In this document: piece after piece, positions 49,795-62,335 of the stretch | Layout of the letters: each line of letters begins with the position of its first letter | Numbering within the stretch: the first letter of the stretch is position 1 | From: Lama guanicoe | Taxonomy: Eukaryota | Length of the DNA: 64,000 nucleotides | Direction of reading: 5' to 3' | NCBI GenBank assembly: GCA_013239625.1 | Contig: MU054400.1 | Location: forward strand, 4,527,802 to 4,591,801 | Made by a program: the position numbers and the translations under genes | The notes under the pieces: model-generated | What the model saw: the letters and a program-made list of their open reading frames with translations, nothing else | Told to the model about the DNA's origin: nothing | The model's database searches: none

Positions 49795-50776
49795 TGAAAT
49801 ACAGTCATAATAGCTATTTTCGTATTCTTGTCTACTAATTCTATCTCTGTGTGATTTTTGTTTAGAAGCCAGACATCATGGATTTTATCTTTTGTGTGCT
49901 CGATAGTTTTGGGGGTTTTTTATTTGTTTGTTTTGTTTTGGTTTTTGGTGGGGGAAGGTAATTAAGTTTATTTATTTATTATTAGAGGAAGTACTGGGGA
50001 TTGAACTCAGGACCTCATGCATGCTAAGCACGAGCTCTACCACTTGAGCTATATCCTCCCCGCTATGCTGGATAGTTTTGTATTCCTAGAAATTTTCTTG
50101 AACTTTTGTTCTGTGTTGCAGTAACAATAAATTACTTGAAAAGAGTTTAAATCTTTTGAGTCTTTCTTTAACCATTTGCTGGATAGGAGCAAAGCAGCAT
50201 TTAATCTAGATTTAGTTTTTCCCTAGTCCTGACACAAGATGCTTTTTAGACAATTCTTCACTGAGGCTGTTGGGAACAGGTGCTGTTTTGACTCTGTGTG
50301 AACACCGGACACAGTCTCCTCTCACCGTTTCGGGTAGTTCTTGCCCCAGCCTCGGTTTCCTCAAACACATGCACCGATCAGCACTTCACTCAATACTGCA
50401 GATCTGGAGTTCTCCTTACAAAGGAGCTCTCCTACAGCTCTCCCCTCTCTGCTACTCTGCCCTGTGAGATCTAGCAACCTTGGCTTCCCCAGACTTGCCG
50501 TTCTTCTCAACTCAAGGAGACCATGAGATTTCACCTGAGTTTCCCCACTCTGTACTGCAGAGCAGAAACCACTTTCACACAATAATCTGGGGGCAACTGC
50601 AGGGCTCCCTTCATTTGTTTGCCATGTCTCTGGGATCACTATCTTTTATTACCTGGTGCTCTATGTATTGAGTGCTTTTTTTTTTTTTCTTGGTGTATTT
50701 TTGTCTGATTTTTTGGTTATTTCAGGTTAGGGGATAAATCTAGTCCCTGTTACTCCATCTCAGCCAGAAGAAAGTC
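49795..50776 (-). mobile_element. Old L1M 5'-region fragment
   Basis: gtcataatagctattttcgtattcttgtctactaattcta...ggttagggataaatctagtccctgttactccatc resembles L1M 5'-end consensus. Confidence 0.5.
49912..50063 (-). mobile_element. Vic-1-type SINE
   Basis: gtactggggattgaactcaggacctcatgcatgctaagcacgagctctaccacttgagctatatcctcccc; 17-bp TSD t(g/a)tgct(c/g)gatagttttg at 49895-49911 and 50064-50080. Confidence 0.92.
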
Positions 50777-52299
50777 TCTCCATCATCTTTTTAACCTTTT
50801 CTAGCACACAGAGCCTCAAAGGTCATTAATGAAATTACAAATGAATACATGGCCAGCAAATATAAAGTTTAAGCCACACTGAATCCACTTTCTAAATCCA
50901 TAAATATGTTTTTAAAAATTCTCTTTCCTTTAATCTTACCAAGTATATGTTTCAAATTCAATGGTTAAAAAATTAAATTTGACAAGTTCAAACACACCAA
51001 AAAATTACTAACAATACTTCCTTGAGTTAGAAGTACTTTTAATTCTCTCTTGTCTTGCTGCTTCTAATTTTGTGAGTCTAATAATTTTCAGAGAGAAATA
51101 CCTCCCACCCTTTAAGATCAGGTAAGGAGGCAGCCTGAGGGAGGATTGGAAATTCAATCTTTATCTTTTGGATTTGCAGCTTTTAGGACTGGCACCAAAC
51201 CCGCCTCTCACTCCTTCACTGTTCTCTCCCCCACACCTATTACTGGGGCTCAACTAACACTGACCGAAAACAAGCTTCCTTTTTGTTACCCATCCACAAA
51301 AATCGGTAAGAGTGAAATTTGAGCAAGCTTATGATTTTAATCAGTACTGCCTAAGGCTTTAATGTCAGGGCTTCAAGCATTGGTTGGGCCAAAGAGATGA
51401 AATTCATCCAGGACCTCACAACAATTTACTTGTTTTTTAAAGACACAGAACCACAAGTAGGAGAATCCAGCCTGGGCTGTGTTTGGGGTTTGTTTTGCTT
51501 TTGTTGGTTTATTCTGGGGAGAAAGCATTAGATTAAAACAACATCAAGAACATTCCTGAAAAGGGGAAAGAATTCATGAGCAGGTAACTCACAGCTAAGG
51601 GAGAGAAGCAGCTTGTGGATGAGGAAGAAGAGCCGACTTTCACGCATCTGTCTATCAAGACAGGGGCAGGATGGGGACAGAGCCAGAGCTGGGGAATGTG
51701 CCAAACTCTCAGTTGTTTGAAATTCACCCAGCAACCAGGCTCCATATACAAAGATGTGCAGGTAAAGTCTGACTCAGCACAGGTTTCAGTGCAGGGAGCT
51801 GGCTTAGAGTCACCCGGGCGCAAGCTGGGGGCAGGCGAGAGAGACGGTCTCAGCGGCAACGTCAGGGACAGGACCTAGGCTCGTGGAAGAGTCAGGCATG
51901 AAGGCAAAGGCTCTGGTCCGCTAGGTCATGCCTTTTCCCAGCAATCGCTGAGCCCCTGCTCGGGATCAGGCAGTGCTCCTGTTGGAGGTACAGACGAACC
52001 GGAGTCAGCCCCTGCCTTCAGGGAGGTCCCGTGAAGGGAGGGCATTTCCAGGAGAGAACAGTTCCCTCTGTAATCTTGTCATTTTTTCTTGGAGTGAGGA
52101 AAGGCAGTGGGAAGAGGCAGACCTCGACAGAAAAATCTAGCGTGGGCTTTGAGGGTGCGTCTGGCTGGAATCTCTCCTCTTCTGCAATGACTCCCCAGTC
52201 CTCCAAGCCCGCCGCTCTCTCCTTTCCTCTGACTGCCCCCCTCACAATCACACGCACACCACTCTCCAAAGTGAGTCACTAAACAACCAACAGTATGTT

Positions 52300-52790
52300 G
52301 TACCATAGCAGATCTCTAAAAGTGACCCCAGGGAAGCCACGAGAAACAGACGTGGGAGGACTCAGTTCCGAGAGGAAGGAGGAGACAGAGAGTTTCTAGA
52401 AAGGGGACATTTGAGCTATACTTTTTTAAAACACTGAAACTTACTCAAGGGTTAGAGGAGAGAAACGGAAGGAGAGAACTCAAGGGAGAGAAAGCAACAC
52501 GGCCAAAAGCTCAAGGCCGGGGGGCTGTCCGGAGAGGCCAGTGGGACTGAAGCCCTGTGGCCAAGAAGCTGGGAGGCAGAATCAGCTTTGGGGCACCTGC
52601 CGGCCTCACAAGCTGGCTGATGTGTGTCAGAGGGTCAGTCCCAGGAGGAAAGAGGGGCTGGAACGTGTGCCTTAGAAGGCAGCTGTGGGCGCTTACGTGG
52701 AGGACAGTGTCACATAGGGAGTGACAGAAAGTAAGGAAATCAATGAGAAAGCTATCCTAATAGTCCAGGCTACAGATATTGATGGCTTTC
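52300..52790 (-). mobile_element. L2 fragment
   Basis: agagagtttctagaaaggggacatttgagct...gaaatcaatgagaaagctatcctaatagtccaggctacagatattgatggc. Confidence 0.5.
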
Positions 52791-53438
52791 CACATTCCAG
52801 AATTATAAGCAAATTAAATTAGTGCTAACATATTTACATTCATAAACTAACAGAATTGGGTGATGTAAGTGCATAGATTTCCCTCCCAAACTCCCTAGCC
52901 CCACTTCCCGCACAAAAGATTTTTTCTTGTCATAGCTTTAAATTATTCAGAAATTTGACATCTCTACTCTTCGCGACACCTAGCAGGGTGTGGGCAAAGA
53001 GAAGGTGGTTAATAGATAATGTTGCCCTCAGAGAAAAGTAACATGGAATTAAATGGAACTCTGGGTGACCTACTGGTGCTCCACACATGCGCCGACACCA
53101 CACTCCTGGCAGGTACTATGGATGAAACCAGGTGGGCTGAACAAGGGCCAGACCATGACTGGTCAGGAACCACACCGACTGTGCTCCTCAGAGGCAGAGC
53201 CAGCCCAGCATTTGCCTTGTCCCCTCATCCCTCAGAACTGGGAAATGCAAAGAGATAAACCCAAATGTGCATAATGAGAATGCCATTGAATGATTAATCC
53301 CCATTTCAGAGATGCACCAAAACTCATCTCAGAGACAAGGAGCTGTAAAATAGATGTGGAAAGCCTTAGTATGAGGCAGGGACCAACTGGGCATCTCCAG
53401 CTGGTTGCCCTGTTAGTTTAAGGATGTATCACTTCCCA

Positions 53439-53577
53439 GCGGGCAGGATATGGCTCAGTGGTAGAGTGTGCGCTTAGCATGCACAAGGTCCTGGGTTCAG
53501 TCCCCAGTACCTCCATTTAAAAATAAGTAAATAAAACCTAACTACCTCCCCCACAAAAACAAACAAACAAACAAAGA
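53439..53577 (+). mobile_element. Vic-1-type SINE
   Basis: ggatatggctcagtggtagagtgtgcgcttagcatgcacaaggtcctgggttcagtccccagtacctccatt...aaacctaactacctcccc(aaac)n. Confidence 0.9.
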
Positions 53578-56500
53578 ACTAGAAAAATGTGCAAAATTAG
53601 TAAGACAGCTCAAAAAAAAAATTTCCTTTCCTACCTACGTTCCCTGGATTGTTTTGGATTGTTTTCAAGAGGGTAGTAAGTGAAGAAATATTATCTGTGA
53701 CATGGTAGGTAAATGTAAAATATTAACAAATATGCATGACATAGCATTTGACTTTAAAGATTAGAAAAGGCTTTCCTTTATCAACAGCCAAAATGTGCAC
53801 ACTGAGTCCTGATATATGTCTAGATAATCTGGTATCTGATTTGTAAAATTAAATTTGTGAAAAACTGTCATCCCTCTCTACTTTTCCTCTGTACCTATTT
53901 TTACTTCTTTAAAAATCATTCTCAGGTGCCGAGCGATCTTCTGAGGAGGGCTGCTACAGTCTCTCCAAGCCACCTGCCATCTTTGCGGACTTCACTTTTC
54001 CCTCCACTCTTTTTGGCCCGTCTCAGAACTAGTCTGAGCCTTGAGAAAGAAAAGGCATCTTACGACAAGCTCGATCCAAGGAAGGAATTCACAAGAAGCC
54101 CCTGGGGGTCCCCATGTGTACGTACCCCCTGGGTGAGCACAGCTCTGGCTGCGATTCCAAGCTCTCCTAAAAGCTCTGCTAGTTAGCCTAGCCCTTGTTA
54201 GCACATCTGGTTAGCAGACTAGTTCGTCTGCACGTCTGCTTCAGTGGCTGCAAAAAAAATCAGAGCTTAGCACCTTTATGCTGTGCCCACACAGACACCC
54301 AGATGGTCACACTGCCCTTGACGGCCACCGGCTCACCACACAAGCACTTCGGCAAACATGATTTTTATCAAGCTATTTGCTTTTCGGGAAACGAGAGCGC
54401 AACTGAGGGAGCAAATGTTTGCAAAGTTCATGGAGGAGAGGAGCTCATCCTGAGCCTGAAGCACGACTTCAAAGCCTGAGGGGCAGATGTCGGCCTGTGG
54501 CACGGACTGGCTGGCATGGCAACCTCAGGTTTAGCATCAACAGTTGCTAATATTTAGTGACGGTAGCGGTCTGTAGTTAAGCAGCACTCTTGTTAAGGAG
54601 TTTTAAACACACACACTAGAGAAATATAGAGGTCAATGGGCAGGTATGCAGAGTATTTGGAGATATAGCAACAAGATTTAAAACATAATGTGGGTCCCAA
54701 ACTCAACTGTCTTCAGAGCCTATCGAGTAATACAAATGTGTAAGTTGCGGGTGGGAGCAGAGGAGAGAGCTGCGTCCTGCAGTGAAGTGGAAAGCATGTG
54801 CACTGCTGAAAGCCTTCAAATTCCAATTATTTTAAATACGCATTTTGAGACAGGTCTGCGGACTGCAATGGCCCACGGACCACAGCCTGAGACACTCTGA
54901 TTCTAATGTACTGCCAGAATATTTATTTCCCCGCAGCTGTTTCTGTCACTGAATCTCACTGCCATGAGTGTCATCAATTAGTAATACGGCTCATCCACGG
55001 TTGCTGAGCTCGGTGATTTGGGGCAGAGGGTGGAGGAGGGCTGCAGAATGATGTCATTTCTTCATGCTCACCATCATAGGAGATGAAAATCTCTGCCATC
55101 CTGCTGCTGAAGGCCAATGGGAGGAAATAAAATTTGTAAATAAAGGGCCAGATTATAAAGCAATGCCAACCAAACTAGTACAGACAATCCATATCAGAGC
55201 ATGTCAGGATGCAGTCAGCTGGAAAAGTGTTACAAAAATATCTGGGATTTGCACTATGTTGGAGGAATAGGTAGGCTTTGGAGGCACAGAGATGGAGAAA
55301 TGTAGGGTCAGTCTTTTCACTTATTGAAAAAAGTCTATTTTCAAAATTAAAATTATAAATTGACCTCCATGCTGCCTCCAAAGACCAACTGAGTCCAACA
55401 GTGGGCTTTGATGATGATGAAAAAGAGAAGCCTTGGGAAAGGGTCTCAAAGTCTAGAATGGAATCTGGAGATGGGTTCTGGGAGCACAAGTGACCCAGAC
55501 CAGAGAAAAACAACGTAAGGGCTGGGTGGACAGCTCCTCCCCTTCACTGTGAAACCTGCAGGGCCAGACCACTCACTCCCCAACTCCAAGCTACAGTGAT
55601 GGTACCAACAGCTGGAATAATTCATCCAAAGGAGAACATTAAACTAATCCATAAAGAATAGACCTGAAAATCACCTAGCTCACAGAAATATTCATGTAAG
55701 CTGCTTATTAATATGGTTTTGTCCAACTCCTTTTGCTGTGCAAGGTCCCATAATTAACCTTCTAATGGTGATTTATTTGGTTCGGTGTTAAAAACCTTTG
55801 CAAAAGAAAACAGAATTCCTGCAATAGCTATCACCCGAGGATCGCTAAATTAGCTGCAAGCAATATCCTGTCTTCATCATCATATCCACGAAGAGTTCTT
55901 GGGTTGTAAGCACCAAAACCACATCAAGCTAATTTAAGTAAAAAATGGATTTTACTGAATGGCTCACAGAATGGGAGGCAAGGCTAAAGAAAGAGATCTC
56001 ATGAGGAAGCTAAATGTTAGTCTTTCTAGGGTAATATCCTAGGATGAATGAATGAATACTAATTGTTTTCCATCTCTGCCTAACATTCAAATTCCACGGA
56101 GAGCGTGTCATCGAACTTGGGCTCACATGCCCACGCTATGACAGCGAAATGAGAGACGCCTTGGACACCAGTCCCATCAGCGTTAATCTCAGTAAAAGAG
56201 GTACTGCTATCCAAAGGAAAACTGAGCTGTGATTTCAGAGTAGAAGATGGATCCGCGCCAACTCAAAAACAATGCAGCATCATGTATAAATACAGCATCA
56301 CTATAATTACTATGCCTACATGACCCACAGAAAAAGGGAAAACTCGTGAGTGTTAAATTAATGGTAGCAATCTCACTTTCAAACACCACCTGAAAATCAC
56401 CTAGCTCTCAGTCCCTGGCCCTGTCCTAACTCACAGCAATGTCAGGTATGAAGACACTAACAAAACGTGGGTCACGATCTTCAGAGTTAAGATGATGCCT

Positions 56501-56967
56501 CCAAACATCAGTGAATCTTCCTAGCATCAAAAGGATCAGTTGGGTGTATTTTAAGGAGCAATCAAAGAAAAGAAAAATTCTAACATGTTTTTTCCAATAC
56601 TTCTGACCCTGGGTTTAAAGGAAATCAGCATCTTTTGAAAATTTCTCTCATGTCTTTTCAAATGTTTGTTGATGTTAGATTCGCATCATCCATCGTTTGT
56701 TTTTAGCTTAATCCTTCTGTTACCAGAAGAGCTAGTATGATATGCTGTTCTTCTGATTAAAAAAAAGATAATTGTATTTAAGCTTAAAAAATAGAAAAAT
56801 AAAAGAAAAAGTGGAAAGATCTTCCTAGTGGAGTGGTGATTTCCTTCCCCAGATAGTTGCCAAGCAAAGGTAGCTATTGGTCAGTGGAGAAGAGTCCCAG
56901 GTTCTGTCATTAATGGCCAGAGCTTATGTCCTGCATGTCCATTCCAATGACCAGAATCTGTCATTCT

Positions 56968-57064
56968 ATTTACTTATTTATTTTTAATGTAGGTACTGGG
57001 GATTGAACCCAGGACCTTGCGCATGCTAGGCATGCGCTCTACCACTGAGCTATGCCCTCCCTCT
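56968..57064 (-). mobile_element. Vic-1-type SINE (short form)
   Basis: ggtactggggattgaacccaggaccttgcgcatgctaggcatgcgctctaccactgagctatgccctccc; 16-bp TSD cagaa(t/g)ctgt(c/a)attct at 56952-56967 and 57065-57080. Confidence 0.92.
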
Positions 57065-57488
57065 CAGAAGCTGTAATTCTGAATCTAATTAACATCAACA
57101 TGGAATCTCAAAACACAGCCAGACAGTCGTAGAAAAGGAAGGTATCATTTCAGAGGATATCATCATTTTCACCCAGAAATTGCTTAAAGTCTTAACACCT
57201 AAAGAGGTGTATTAATACATTGAACTTGTTTATGAAGAATTATAACTAATAGAAAGTATGATGTATTTCTCCAGCAAGAGAAGGTATTCCAGGCTTCCAG
57301 AGCAGCTGAAGCAATTAAATCTAGCCAAAGCCAGAATTTGTTCATGGAAAATGACTTCGTTGTTAATGACATTTCTAGGTTCTATACTTTGATGGAGTAG
57401 AAGAACACAATAGCACATCAAGGCATACTATCAACTGTACTAAAACAGACATTATCCAAAATGGCAAAAATTGGGAACATAAAAACTT

Positions 57489-57672
57489 TAAAAATAGATA
57501 AACAACAAGTTTCATCTGTATAGCACAGGGAACTATATCCAGTATCTTGTATTAACCTCTAATGACAAAGAATATGAAAATGAATATATATATGTATACC
57601 TATGACTGGCACATTACGCTGTACACCAGAAATTGACACATTGTAACTGATTATATTTCAATTTAAAAAAAA
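57489..57672 (+). mobile_element. 5'-truncated L1 3' end
   Basis: aaaatagataaacaacaagtttcatctgtatagcacagggaactatatccagtatcttg...gctgtacaccagaaattgacacattgtaactga. Confidence 0.88.
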
Positions 57673-57929
57673 CTTCATGAGGTTAGCAAACAGGAAAAAA
57701 AGAACCTCATAAAACTTCATAAGAGTCTAAAGGTAACAATTAGTGATGAAGTATGTTTTAATGGGTAAAATTAATATCCTTTCTAAGTGAACAGAAATAC
57801 TGATAAAATAATAGAAATTGAAATTCATACATATACATTATCAAACTGGTCATTCTAGAGAAGGAGGAGGAATTGAAGGTCTTCAGAGGATCCTAGATCT
57901 TCAATCATTTTCTAAAACACTTAATGAAC

Positions 57930-58320
57930 TGAAACAATCTAAAACTGCCAACTATAAAGCACTGGTTAAATAAATCCTGATGCATGCATTCAATGACATA
58001 CCCCGCGACCACAAAAAGGAGTAAAGGACCCCATCATGTCCTGATAGAGAAATCAAGGTCTAGATCAATTTCTATTAGCTGTCATGGAGGAAAAAGGAAA
58101 ATGAGTAAGAGAATGGTTACACATTTGCTTCTGTTTACTCTGAACATCTCCAAAGGACACATCGGAAACTGTTAACACTGGTTACTTCTGAAGTGGACGG
58201 GGTAGCAGGGGAACAGGACTAAGGGGAGATTTTACTATGTGTTCTTTCTTCCTCTTGGATTAAAATAATGTGAACACTGCCTATTCAATACATAAATAAA
58301 ATTAATTTGTTTAAAAATTA
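57930..58320 (+). mobile_element. Old L1ME 3' fragment
   Basis: gaaacaatctaaaactgccaac...ctggttaaataaatcctgatgcatgcattcaatgaca...gaaactgttaacactggttacttctg. Confidence 0.55.
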
Positions 58321-59168
58321 ATTTTCATTTTCTCAATTCATTAAACTGCTTCTAACAGTGGATGAGATTATGGGACATTAAATTCAGAACCACCTGGCAG
58401 TGACACCAAAAGAATTTGGACAGTTTGGTAGAGTACATTCATATTAAAGTGTTGACTGGTGTCACCAATTGGTATTGGTACCATGCTGTTGTTCCCCTGG
58501 GCCTCTGCTAAGAACATATAAGACTCAACTGCCAGGTGGCAAAAGGTAAATCCATTGGTGATGAGCAGAATCAACAAGACCAATGGAGGAGAAGCTTCCT
58601 CATTACTCTTTCTGCCAAAAGACAAGACCAAATGCAATGTGTACAAATGTCAGAAGCAGGTGGGTGAGATATTTAGCATTGTTTATTTTCTACAATTCAA
58701 CCTAAAACTTCTGTTCTGAGCCCCTCTCCATCAAAATTCAACACTCTGCTTTCCTTCCCAAGAATGGCATCTAAGACCTAGGAAGACTTTGTTGTGCCAA
58801 GGGGCTGGGGCAAGGGAGGGAGGCGGCATCCGATTTTCTGTGTGTCTGGCCGTGAAGATGCCCGAAGATGTCAATTGCCCTGCCTGGTCCCTCATCTGTC
58901 TATCCCCATGTCTGGGGGGATCCCCAATACCCCAAAATGAATGAGCCTCATCACTTTCCTTCTGGGTCTCCCTTTCACCTTTCTTGCAGCCGGAAGAACC
59001 TTTCTCTTTTCTGGGGCAAGAAAATCGTGGTTCCCTGCAACTCCTGCTGTTTCCTTCCAAGCATGTCTTGTGTTCTTTCCACTTCCCTGCAAGTCTGCTA
59101 CAACTCAAATGCCAAGAATCTGTATCTTTTTTCTTTTTGAATTTTTATCCCTTGCATGAGAATCTCCC

Positions 59169-59344
59169 CAGTGGTCCTCAAACTTGGCTCCACATTAGAA
59201 TCCTCTAGGGAGCTTTGCAAAAGGACCCATAGCTGGTCCAGGTCCCCAGGGACGCTGATTTATGTGCTCTGAGGACAAAGCCCAAACAGTTATTAATAAA
59301 ACAGCTCAGATGATTCTAATGCATGGTCAGTTTGAGCATCAATG
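59169..59344 (+). mobile_element. MER5A/B (hAT-Charlie)
   Basis: cagtggtcctcaaacttggctccacattagaatcctctagggagctttg...gatgattctaatgcatggtcagtttgagcatc. Confidence 0.8.
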
Positions 59345-60039
59345 AAGGGGACGTTTAAGGAAAAGAAAGGAAATACTGGAGAAAGAAACATTTGGTTAAT
59401 ATTTCATAATATTATACAACCATACATGAACACCAGAGGATGGAAGTCCTTCAGAATTTGTGGGTGAGAAAAGTAGAACTAAACTGTGTAACCCTTACCT
59501 ACCACAGGTGTCTAGTAACTTTCTTCTTTTCTGTGGCTCAAGATACCCGACTGCTGAACACTTCCTGGAAGAATATTTGGAAAATCCTTGTTTTCCCACT
59601 TACATGTTTCAGTTGTCTTACTTTCTTTTTTTTCCCCCTGAAGCCCAGCAGGCAGTTAGGACTGAGTTAACTTGGATTCTCACGGAAAGGAAGGGGCTCT
59701 GGTTTGACTGTGACCCTAACAGGCATCTGAGAACAAATTAAATCTTGACATCAGCTAAAAAGAAAAGGATACTGATCCAGAGTTCTAAGAGCTTCAGGGT
59801 GGGCATGATGGGGTCCTTTGTTCAAGTCCTAAGAGGGTGAGGGCTCTGAGCCTTGTGCGCTAGGCCACGCCCAGCTGTCTTCTCTGGAGGCGTCCCTGAG
59901 AGCTACTTGGGATCCCGCAGGAGGTACGCATCCAGGGGAGAGGGTTCAAGCACACGACGTTCCTGCTCAGAACAAATCAGGCCAACTGGGAGTTTATGAC
60001 CTGAACAACAAAATCTCATGACGAGGAGGGACACTGGTG

Positions 60040-60270
60040 TTCAGCTGCAAGCGGAGTCCACAGAATGGAACTAGGTCCAAATCCTGGCTCTACCCTGTGC
60101 CAGCTGCGTGACCTTGAGCAAAACTCTGAAGCCCTCTGTGCTTTATTTGGCACATCTGTAAAACAAGGATAATAACAGATCCTTCTTAGTAGAGTTTTTG
60201 TGAGGATTAAATGAGAAAATACTGATGGGAGCCTTCACGTGGTACTTCACCCAGGAAGCCTCAAATACGA
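60040..60270 (+). mobile_element. MIR SINE
   Basis: ctaggtccaaatcctggctctacc...gctgcgtgaccttgagcaa...catctgtaaaacaaggataataac...gtgaggattaaatgagaaaat. Confidence 0.85.
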
Positions 60271-60409
60271 TTTCTGATTCAGTTACATGGACGAATCCCT
60301 TTCATGACATTCTAAGAAATGGTGCGGATCTTCCTGATAAGTGACAAATGACAAGATGGGAGTATGATCCCAAGAGAGTGAGAAAGAAGGAAGGGGCTGA
60401 TAAATTTTT

Positions 60410-60589
60410 CTTTGTAGTCTTTTTAACTGAAGTCTAGTCAGTTTACAATGTTGTGTCCATTTCTGGTGAACAGCATAATGCATCAGTCATACATGTACGC
60501 ACATACACTCGTTTTCATATTCTTTGTCATTATAGGTTGCTACAAGATAATGAATATTGGTCCCTGTGCCACATAGCAGAAACTTGTTG
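60410..60589 (-). mobile_element. 5'-truncated L1 3' end
   Basis: ttttaactgaagtctagtcagtttacaatgttgtgtccatttctggtg...caagataatgaatattggtccctgtgc. Confidence 0.85.
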
Positions 60590-61086
60590 CTGATGTTTTT
60601 TAACATCGCACATTCCAGCCTATCAGGCCTCCTTAACCCACAGCATCAGAGGGACCCCCATTCACTCTCTCAGCCCGTTATGTAGGGATCACTGTTTAGG
60701 CATCTGTCTCAGGGCAGGGACTTTGTCCCACCACCCCCCCGAGCCCAGTGCCTAGAATGTCCCCAGTAAACATATGTTGAGCTGACCTACTCATCGTGTC
60801 TTCCCTTTACTGTGGCAGAGTACATCTCTAAACGTGGGAAAACAAACAATGACTAAGGAATGCAGATGAGGGAACGTTCTTCCTCCTTCCTTGGTACCGC
60901 CAAAGCCCCCAAGCCGTGCATCTCCAAGCCATTCCTTGCCCGTCTCCGCTCAGGCTGGCAGACTGTCAGTTAGGCAGACCCCTTTCTGAGTTTCCCAGAA
61001 TGGAGTGTAGCCCTCCTCCTCTGTCTTTCCAGAGGACTTCATAAATGCTCAATTCTTTCTCTCATCCTCAAGATTCTAAGGAAACC

Positions 61087-61108
61087 AAAAAAAAAAAAAA
61101 AAAAAAAA
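61087..61108. repeat. Poly(A) run (A22) with no recognisable retroelement body
   Basis: Directly visible. Confidence 0.85.
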
Positions 61109-61794
61109 CTTTCTTCCAAAAATGGGGCAGATGCCTGAGTGAGGCATTGCTAAGAGCTCTGTACCAGATATAAATCTCTACGGCTTTTCTATAATTGCCA
61201 ACTTAATGATACATAAAATTCACCATTTCAAGTGAGAAAAGTGGTTTTGAAAGTCTTTGACTCTTACTTACAAGGTAAAATATATATTATATAAAAAGCA
61301 TAATGTGACAACAGATACAATGGGAGTTAATAATTATTATTACTCACTCCTACGTGGTTTTTCACTTTTCCTCTTGCCCTGGCAAGCGAGAGCTTTCCTC
61401 TCCCTCACACAAACCTCCCTCGGAAACTTGGTGTTTGCACACTGCCAAGCGATACCCCACAACCCGACCTGAAATTCGGTAGGAGCCTTGGAGAGAAACG
61501 GCACCAAAGCACGAGAGTCGTGATTATCTTAAGAAGCAAAGCAAATCCCCACCTAAGTATTAAGCTGCCTCACCCTTTACCTGAGAGCCACCCTCTGAGA
61601 ACATGGAGAGATTCTGAAGGGACATCTGCAGCTTGGTAGCCTGGTGTTGCTCACAGCTGAGAATGGATGCAGCCAAGTCTGACAGTCCTGGACCCTCTGC
61701 GGCAACGCTTGGTCAAAACTCACCTCTGCACCACTGCCCAGGTTTCCTCATCAGGACACTTTCTCACAGAAATATAAAAAATCAAGGAGATGGT

Positions 61795-61945
61795 GGGGAG
61801 GGTATAGCTCAGTGGTAGAGTGCATGCTTAGCATCCACAAGGTCCTGAGTTCAATCCCTAGTGTCTCCATTAAATAAATAAGGAAATAAATAAACCTAAT
61901 TACCTCCCCCTCAAAAACAAAAACAAGGAGAAAGAAAAAAATATT
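61795..61945 (+). mobile_element. Vic-1-type SINE
   Basis: ggggagggtatagctcagtggtagagtgcatgcttagcatccacaaggtcctgagttcaatccc...aaacctaattacctccccc plus A-rich tail. Confidence 0.93.
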
Positions 61946-61970
61946 AAGAGGAGATTAGCATGAAACCTTT

Positions 61971-62084
61971 TTTATAAAGTTTTTTTGTGGGGGCAGGGGT
62001 GGATTTATTTGTTTGTTTGTAATGGACCCAGGACCTCATGCATGATGCTAAGCACGTGCTCTACCACTGAGTATACCTCCCCGC
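61971..62084 (-). mobile_element. Vic-1-type SINE with a deletion in the B-box region
   Basis: aatgga|cccaggacctcatgcatgatgctaagcacgtgctctaccactgagtatacctcccc; 15-bp TSD tagca(t/c)gaa(a/g)ccttt at 61956-61970 and 62085-62099. Confidence 0.9.
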
Positions 62085-62139
62085 TAGCACGAAGCCTTTG
62101 ATGATTTTGTTCAAATCTGCCATTGATTCGTGTTTTCAT

Positions 62140-62335
62140 TATCTACTGCTGTGCATGAAACCAGCCCGAACTTAGTCGCATAAAGCAGCAACAAGTGTCA
62201 TTAGGAAGACGAGGAGGAGGAGGAGAAAAGGAAGCCCATCTCTCTGGTTTCCAGGGGTTGACTGGAGTCAGCCAGGCGGTTCTCACTTAGGGTCTGTCCT
62301 GAGGTGCCGTCAGAGAGGACAGGGGCTGGGCTCTC
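62140..62335 (-). mobile_element. MLT1-type LTR fragment
   Basis: tactgctgtgcatgaaaccagcccgaacttagtcgcataaagcagcaac...ggggttgactggagtcagccaggcggttctcacttagggtct. Confidence 0.55.

Noticed and set aside
61795..61870. tRNA-Ala-like sequences (also near 900, 29812, 49990, 53440 and 56990)
   Set aside because: They carry SINE bodies, A-rich tails and in most cases TSDs; these are Vic-1-type SINEs, not tRNA genes
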